Origin: Pachysolen tannophilus NRRL Y-2460
Taxonomy: Eukaryota
Length of the DNA: 23,387 bases
Reading direction: 5' to 3'
Assembly (NCBI GenBank): GCA_001661245.1
Contig: KV454011.1
Span: 709,498-732,884 of the forward strand
Translations under genes and position numbers: made by a program
In this document: piece after piece, positions 18,754 through 23,387 of the stretch
Layout of the letters: each line of letters opens with the position of its first letter
How positions within the stretch are numbered: the first letter of the stretch is position 1
The notes under the pieces: generated by a model
What the model was told of the DNA's origin: nothing
Seen by the model: only the letters and a program-made list of their open reading frames with translations
The model's database searches: none

Positions 18754-20913
18754 ATGACGACGACGAATTTTTATGATTCCAGATATGATGCAAACCCAGT
18801 TTTCACTTCAATTTTTCAAGATGATAGAAATTTTTTTGATGTTCTTGAAGGTAAAATTTTACCAATTGAAAATCAAAGGGCTTGTAGGCTTTCCAATAGT
18901 AGAGAAGAAGGGTATTCTTCAATATATGCTAATAGTATGAATGGGGGTAAGAATCAAGTATGCAGTACGATTTTGCCTCAGGTTAAGACTTTTTTCGAAT
19001 TCTTGGACAGGGCAATGGAATTTTATGGTAATAAAGATTGTTTAGGTTTTAGAAAATTCAATGAAGACACTGGAAAGTTTGATAATTTTTTTACTTTCCA
19101 ATCATACAAGACCGTTTTTAAGAGGAAAAAAGATATTGGAAGTGGTTTATGTAAAGTTTTGAATAACGTGCAAGATAAGTTCATACTTACATTATACTCT
19201 CCAAACCGTGCAGAATGGATCTTGACTGATTTAGCTTGTCACAGTTATGATATTCCAACTACTGCTTTATATGATACTTTGGGTCAAAATGCCAGTGTTC
19301 ATATTTTACAAATCACCAAGTCTCCAATTGTAGTATGTCCTAAGGATAAACTTTTAAAAATTTCTACTCTTAAAAAGAAACATCCACAAGAGTTGAAGAA
19401 TTTGTCAATTGTTGTTTCAATGGATGACTTGAAACCAAAAGAAATTGGAAATTTTCAAGAGATTTTCAATAATTTAGGTATGAAATTGTTTGATTTGAAA
19501 ACAGTTGAAAAATTAGGTGAAGAAACCCCTATTCCATATATACCACCTAGTCCTGATGGTTTATATTCAATCTGTTTTACTTCTGGTACAACTGGAGCAC
19601 CAAAAGGTGCAGAGCTTACACATAAAGGTTTAATGGCAGGAATGACTTTCTACCTCAGTAAGCTTGAGAAACCTAAATCTCATTTAAAGAATGGGGCCTT
19701 ATATTCTTTATGTTTTCTACCATTGGCACATATTTTTGAAAAAATGGGATCTTATTATTGTTTAGCTTCCGGAATTGCAATTGGGTTTCCTCATGATAAT
19801 TCCCCTTTGAAATTATTGGAGAACCTTAGAATTTTGAAACCTAACCTTCTTGTTGCAGTTCCTAGGTTATATACCAAGTTTGAACTAGCATTGAAGCAAT
19901 ACATTTCTCAAAATGATCAATTGGCTAGATTTGTTGAAAGGAAACTTTTAGCATCTAAACAAAATCAACAGCTTTTGCTGCTGGAAGATAATCTTGATCT
20001 ATATATAACTGCAGAATTGAGAAGACTCTTGGGATTTGATAATATGGACTTACTTGTAACTGGTTCTGCACCAATTAGCCCTCAAACTGTATTTTTCTTG
20101 AAAACTGTTTTAAATACAAACATTGTTCAAGGGTATGGTTGTACTGAAACGTTTGCAGGCTTGTGTTTATCTTCAAAAACCGAACCACTGCCTTTTTCTT
20201 GTGGCTACCCTGGTTGTACAGTTCAATTTAGACTTAAAGACGTTGAAGAGATGGGATACCGTTCTAGCAATGATGATAATTTTGAAGAACTTGATGAACC
20301 AAGAGGTGAACTATTGATTAGAGGTTCTCAAGTATTTGAAAATTATTTCAAGAATAAACTTGCTACAAAAGAAGCTATTGATGAGAAAAATTGGTATCAT
20401 ACGGGAGATATTGCTAAAATCGATAAAGACGGTAAGATCCATATCATCGATAGAGTAAAGAATTTTTTCAAATTGGCTCAAGGAGAATTCATCACACCAG
20501 AGAGAATTGAAAATGTTTACTTGAGTTCATGTCCCATGCTATCACAAATGTTTATCCATGGAGATTCAAAACATGATTACTTGGTATCTATAATAGGTGT
20601 CGAACACCCCTTTTTACACAAGATCTTAAAACATGAAACTCCAATTGATTTAAACTCTATCAACAAAGATAAAAAAATTAAAAAATTCATTGTTGAAGAA
20701 TTAAATAAACATGTTGGTGATAAAGGTTTACACAGTTTTGAAAAAATACATAATACTTATATTGCCCATGAACCTTTAAAATTGGAAAATAATGTTATAA
20801 CACCAACTCTCAAGATCAGAAGAAACATCGCCAAGAAGTTCTTCCTGCAAATTCTCCAAGGATTATATTCAGAAGGCAGTTTGATCAAAGATGGTAGTAG
20901 CAACAAGTTGTAA
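18754..20913 (+). CDS. FAA2: Long/medium-chain fatty acyl-CoA synthetase, Faa2-like, probably peroxisomal
   Basis: AMP-binding SICFTSGTTGAPKG, FLPLAHIFE, QGYGCTET, WYHTGDI, IIDRVKNFFKLAQGEFITPE and TPTLKIRR motifs. C-terminus LYSEGSLIK...NKL resembles Faa2 and ends in a PTS1-like tripeptide. Confidence 0.88.
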   Translation: MTTTNFYDSRYDANPVFTSIFQDDRNFFDVLEGKILPIENQRACRLSNSREEGYSSIYANSMNGGKNQVCSTILPQVKTFFEFLDRAMEFYGNKDCLGFRKFNEDTGKFDNFFTFQSYKTVFKRKKDIGSGLCKVLNNVQDKFILTLYSPNRAEWILTDLACHSYDIPTTALYDTLGQNASVHILQITKSPIVVCPKDKLLKISTLKKKHPQELKNLSIVVSMDDLKPKEIGNFQEIFNNLGMKLFDLKTVEKLGEETPIPYIPPSPDGLYSICFTSGTTGAPKGAELTHKGLMAGMTFYLSKLEKPKSHLKNGALYSLCFLPLAHIFEKMGSYYCLASGIAIGFPHDNSPLKLLENLRILKPNLLVAVPRLYTKFELALKQYISQNDQLARFVERKLLASKQNQQLLLLEDNLDLYITAELRRLLGFDNMDLLVTGSAPISPQTVFFLKTVLNTNIVQGYGCTETFAGLCLSSKTEPLPFSCGYPGCTVQFRLKDVEEMGYRSSNDDNFEELDEPRGELLIRGSQVFENYFKNKLATKEAIDEKNWYHTGDIAKIDKDGKIHIIDRVKNFFKLAQGEFITPERIENVYLSSCPMLSQMFIHGDSKHDYLVSIIGVEHPFLHKILKHETPIDLNSINKDKKIKKFIVEELNKHVGDKGLHSFEKIHNTYIAHEPLKLENNVITPTLKIRRNIAKKFFLQILQGLYSEGSLIKDGSSNKL

Positions 20914-21394
20914 ACTCGTTACTCATTGCTGCAACGTGTATCCTTTAATATAGATATTATATTATCTTATATTATCTTATATACCCTAAAAGGTAACTAA
21001 CTAAATAACTAAATAATTAAATGCAAATACGTAAATAAATGATTTAAATCATAGAATTACACAGTTAGTAGTTGATTATAAACCTTTAAATCCCCCCATC
21101 TAGACTTTTTTAATCATTCATCTTTCTTTATATTACGCTCTCCATTTCAGATCTTCCTCTAATTTCACTTTTAAATCTTCTTCTTCTTCTTTGAATTTTC
21201 ATTTTCATTTTCAATTTTTTTTTTTTTTTTTTTCTCTGTTAAAATTGAACCGGAATTTTGCTATTCTTATTTCAAGTTTCAAGGTAAGTTTTACTTGATA
21301 TTAAAAGAGGACTAGATATAGAAAATAAATAATAATTTCATTGGGAATTTTTTAATCTTGTTAGGTTTGAAAGCGAGGTTAAAGATTGATTGAT

Positions 21395-21432
21395 AATAGG
21401 TTGATAGGCTGATAGGCTAATAGGCTGATAGG
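21395..21432. repeat. 8-bp tandem repeat (ATAGGYTR), about 5 copies
   Basis: atagg-ttg-atagg-ctg-atagg-cta-atagg-ctg-atagg upstream of the BMT ATG. Confidence 0.8.
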
Positions 21433-21528
21433 TGTTTCAGTCTAGGTTCATTTGACGCTATTGTTTTTCTTGTTAAGGGTTTAATTAATTAATAATTTTA
21501 TTTATAATAAGAAATCTTTTGATCAACT

Positions 21529-23313
21529 ATGAGTCTTATCATTAGGATACTATTATGTATATTGTTAGTATCTGTGTTTTATATAGTAAGCTATACTCAT
21601 TTAATAGCATATAATAAGAAGAGGAAAAGAAAAATATTGCTGGCTTTAGGGGTACTGCTACTTTTAACTTATAATTTGAATACTATCATAGACAATGTTG
21701 AATATTATCGCTTGTCATTTACTAAATATAAAAATATTCCGGAAAGTTCACCATTGAGTATACCAGTGATAAATGCAGAATATACAAGGTATAATATTAA
21801 TGGATATTCATTTAAGGCTAATTCTATTACATCTAATTGTCAAAATTTAGAAGTTCAAAGTAATTTACAAGTCACACGCAAATATGAATTAGTTGATGAT
21901 ATGTACAGTATTAGACGTAGAATTAGTCAAATGTTATTAAAAAATAGTATGTTTGAAAATTGTTTCTTGGATGAACCTGATGAAACTGAAGAAGAGATTT
22001 TAGCTACTAAATGGTTTAGATTTGGTGGTAGCAGTGCATGGTTATCAAAATATAAAATTCAATTTTTGGTGAGTAGAATCATATATTCAAATTTAAGTAA
22101 AAAAAATGATCCAACAATGAGTGTTTTACATGTTCAAGTATATAATAGAGATTGGAGAGAATTGAAAAATCATAAAATTGAAGTTTTACAAAATGATGAG
22201 CCTTTAATTTTCCCACAAGTTTTAAATATACCTTCTTTCCAATCTCCTGCTAATAGATTTGGTCTAATGGGACCCGAAGATCCAAGAGTTATTGTAAGAA
22301 ATTTTAAAACTCCAAAAGGTGAAGAAGATCAAGAACCAATAGTGGTGTTTAATATGCTTGATGATAATATCAATAAAAAGAGAGGTATGCACATTTTTAA
22401 ACCTTTTGCTAGAGAAGATGATGAATCAAGGTTCTTATTATTAAGATTAGGTGACCTATTACCAAGAAAAATTGAAAAAAATTGGATTCCATTTTTTATT
22501 GATGATGAACAAGATGAATTCTTACACTTTATGTATTCAATTGATCCGTTGTTAATTGTCAAATGTAGCTTAACAAATGGTATGTGTTATTGGGTCTTTG
22601 GCCCAGAATTTGATAATGCTCTTCAAATTGAAGATCATAATGTTCAAGACATAGGTGCAATGAGAGGTGGTACAAATCTCATAAGGATTCCAGATTACGT
22701 TTATGATAAAAATAGATTGATTAATAGAAACAAACAATATTGGATAGGATTCCCAAGATCTCATAACGATAATTGCGGTTGTACAAAAGTTACTTATAGA
22801 CCACACATGATGATCCTTTCTAGAAATTTAAAGGATAAGACTTATAAATTAGAATATATGAGTACATTATTAGACTTTAATATGGAAGTTTTATCATGGG
22901 AAAAGGGTAAGACTGTTTGTGAAAGCGGTAAAAGTGTTATGATTCCTAATGGTATTGCATATTGGGATTTTTTGAAAGAATGGGATGATGAGGAGAAAAA
23001 AGCTACAATAAAAGATGATTATATGGGATTAATAATCTCAGAGTCTGATACAAATATTGTGTTGATTCATATAAGAGGTTTCTACTATTACGTATTGAAG
23101 ATATTGAAAAATTTGGAAATGAAAGAAGTGCTGAAAAATAGCCAATCTGGAAAATCTAAAGCAGATAAAGAAGAAGAATTAGAATTGGATTTCGACGTTG
23201 CTGAATATCAAAATAATAAAATGGTAAAGTGTGCCCTCGAAGATGCTCCAAAGTATTGTAAGATTAACGGTCTTTTGGATCTGTTAATGAAGGATAATAA
23301 AGATGACGAATAA
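21529..23313 (+). CDS. Beta-1,2-mannosyltransferase (BMT family, GT91), membrane-anchored
   Basis: Hydrophobic N-terminal segments, then KWFRFGGSSAWL...VSRIIYS, GPEDPR, EPIVVFN, IEKNWIPF, RGGT, WIGFPRSH..CGC..YRP and SVMIPNGIAYW motifs typical of Candida/Komagataella Bmt proteins. The paralog cannot be assigned. Confidence 0.88.
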   Translation: MSLIIRILLCILLVSVFYIVSYTHLIAYNKKRKRKILLALGVLLLLTYNLNTIIDNVEYYRLSFTKYKNIPESSPLSIPVINAEYTRYNINGYSFKANSITSNCQNLEVQSNLQVTRKYELVDDMYSIRRRISQMLLKNSMFENCFLDEPDETEEEILATKWFRFGGSSAWLSKYKIQFLVSRIIYSNLSKKNDPTMSVLHVQVYNRDWRELKNHKIEVLQNDEPLIFPQVLNIPSFQSPANRFGLMGPEDPRVIVRNFKTPKGEEDQEPIVVFNMLDDNINKKRGMHIFKPFAREDDESRFLLLRLGDLLPRKIEKNWIPFFIDDEQDEFLHFMYSIDPLLIVKCSLTNGMCYWVFGPEFDNALQIEDHNVQDIGAMRGGTNLIRIPDYVYDKNRLINRNKQYWIGFPRSHNDNCGCTKVTYRPHMMILSRNLKDKTYKLEYMSTLLDFNMEVLSWEKGKTVCESGKSVMIPNGIAYWDFLKEWDDEEKKATIKDDYMGLIISESDTNIVLIHIRGFYYYVLKILKNLEMKEVLKNSQSGKSKADKEEELELDFDVAEYQNNKMVKCALEDAPKYCKINGLLDLLMKDNKDDE

Positions 23314-23387
23314 ATGGACATTTCAATAAAATAATTTTTTTTTTCTTTTTTTTTTTNTTTTTTTTTTTTTTTTTTTTTTTTTTTCGC

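Noticed and set aside
3354..22806. Short antisense or alternate-frame ORFs nested in the long genes
   Set aside because: Shadow ORFs of genuine genes with no independent coding evidence.
23335..23387. Long T run containing an N at the window end
   Set aside because: Homopolymer tract common in this genome plus a base-call ambiguity; not evidence of a retrocopy.

Overview
Very AT-rich eukaryotic DNA from a budding yeast (Saccharomycotina). It has mostly intronless genes, a few short spliceosomal introns (GTAAGT...TAYTAAY...TAG) and long poly(A)/poly(T) tracts. In order, the window holds: the 3' end of an RMD8-like DUF155 gene; an intron-containing tRNA-Arg(ACG); a two-exon chitin synthase (Sc CHS2/Ca CHS1-like); an HGT1-type glucose transporter with a motif-rich 1.5 kb promoter; the three-exon proteasome beta4 gene PRE1 (largely missed by the ORF track); PRP22; a convergent U2B''/U1A-like RRM gene (MSL1-like); an orphan Myb/SANT-like protein with the SGFGW signature of PIF/Harbinger-type DNA-binding proteins; HEM14; a FAA2-like acyl-CoA synthetase; and a BMT (GT91) beta-mannosyltransferase. 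The strongest signal is that in-frame CTG codons fall in alanine contexts, pointing to the CUG=Ala genetic code (Pachysolen/Nakazawaea/Peterozyma type), so the ORF track is probably mistranslated at CTG. Other leads are a possibly domesticated Harbinger-type Myb gene, a tRNA intron able to sequester both anticodon-stem strands, an intronic Rpn4/PACE-like site, and an anomalous chitin synthase 3' end. All family assignments come from motif recognition and recalled homologs, not database searches.
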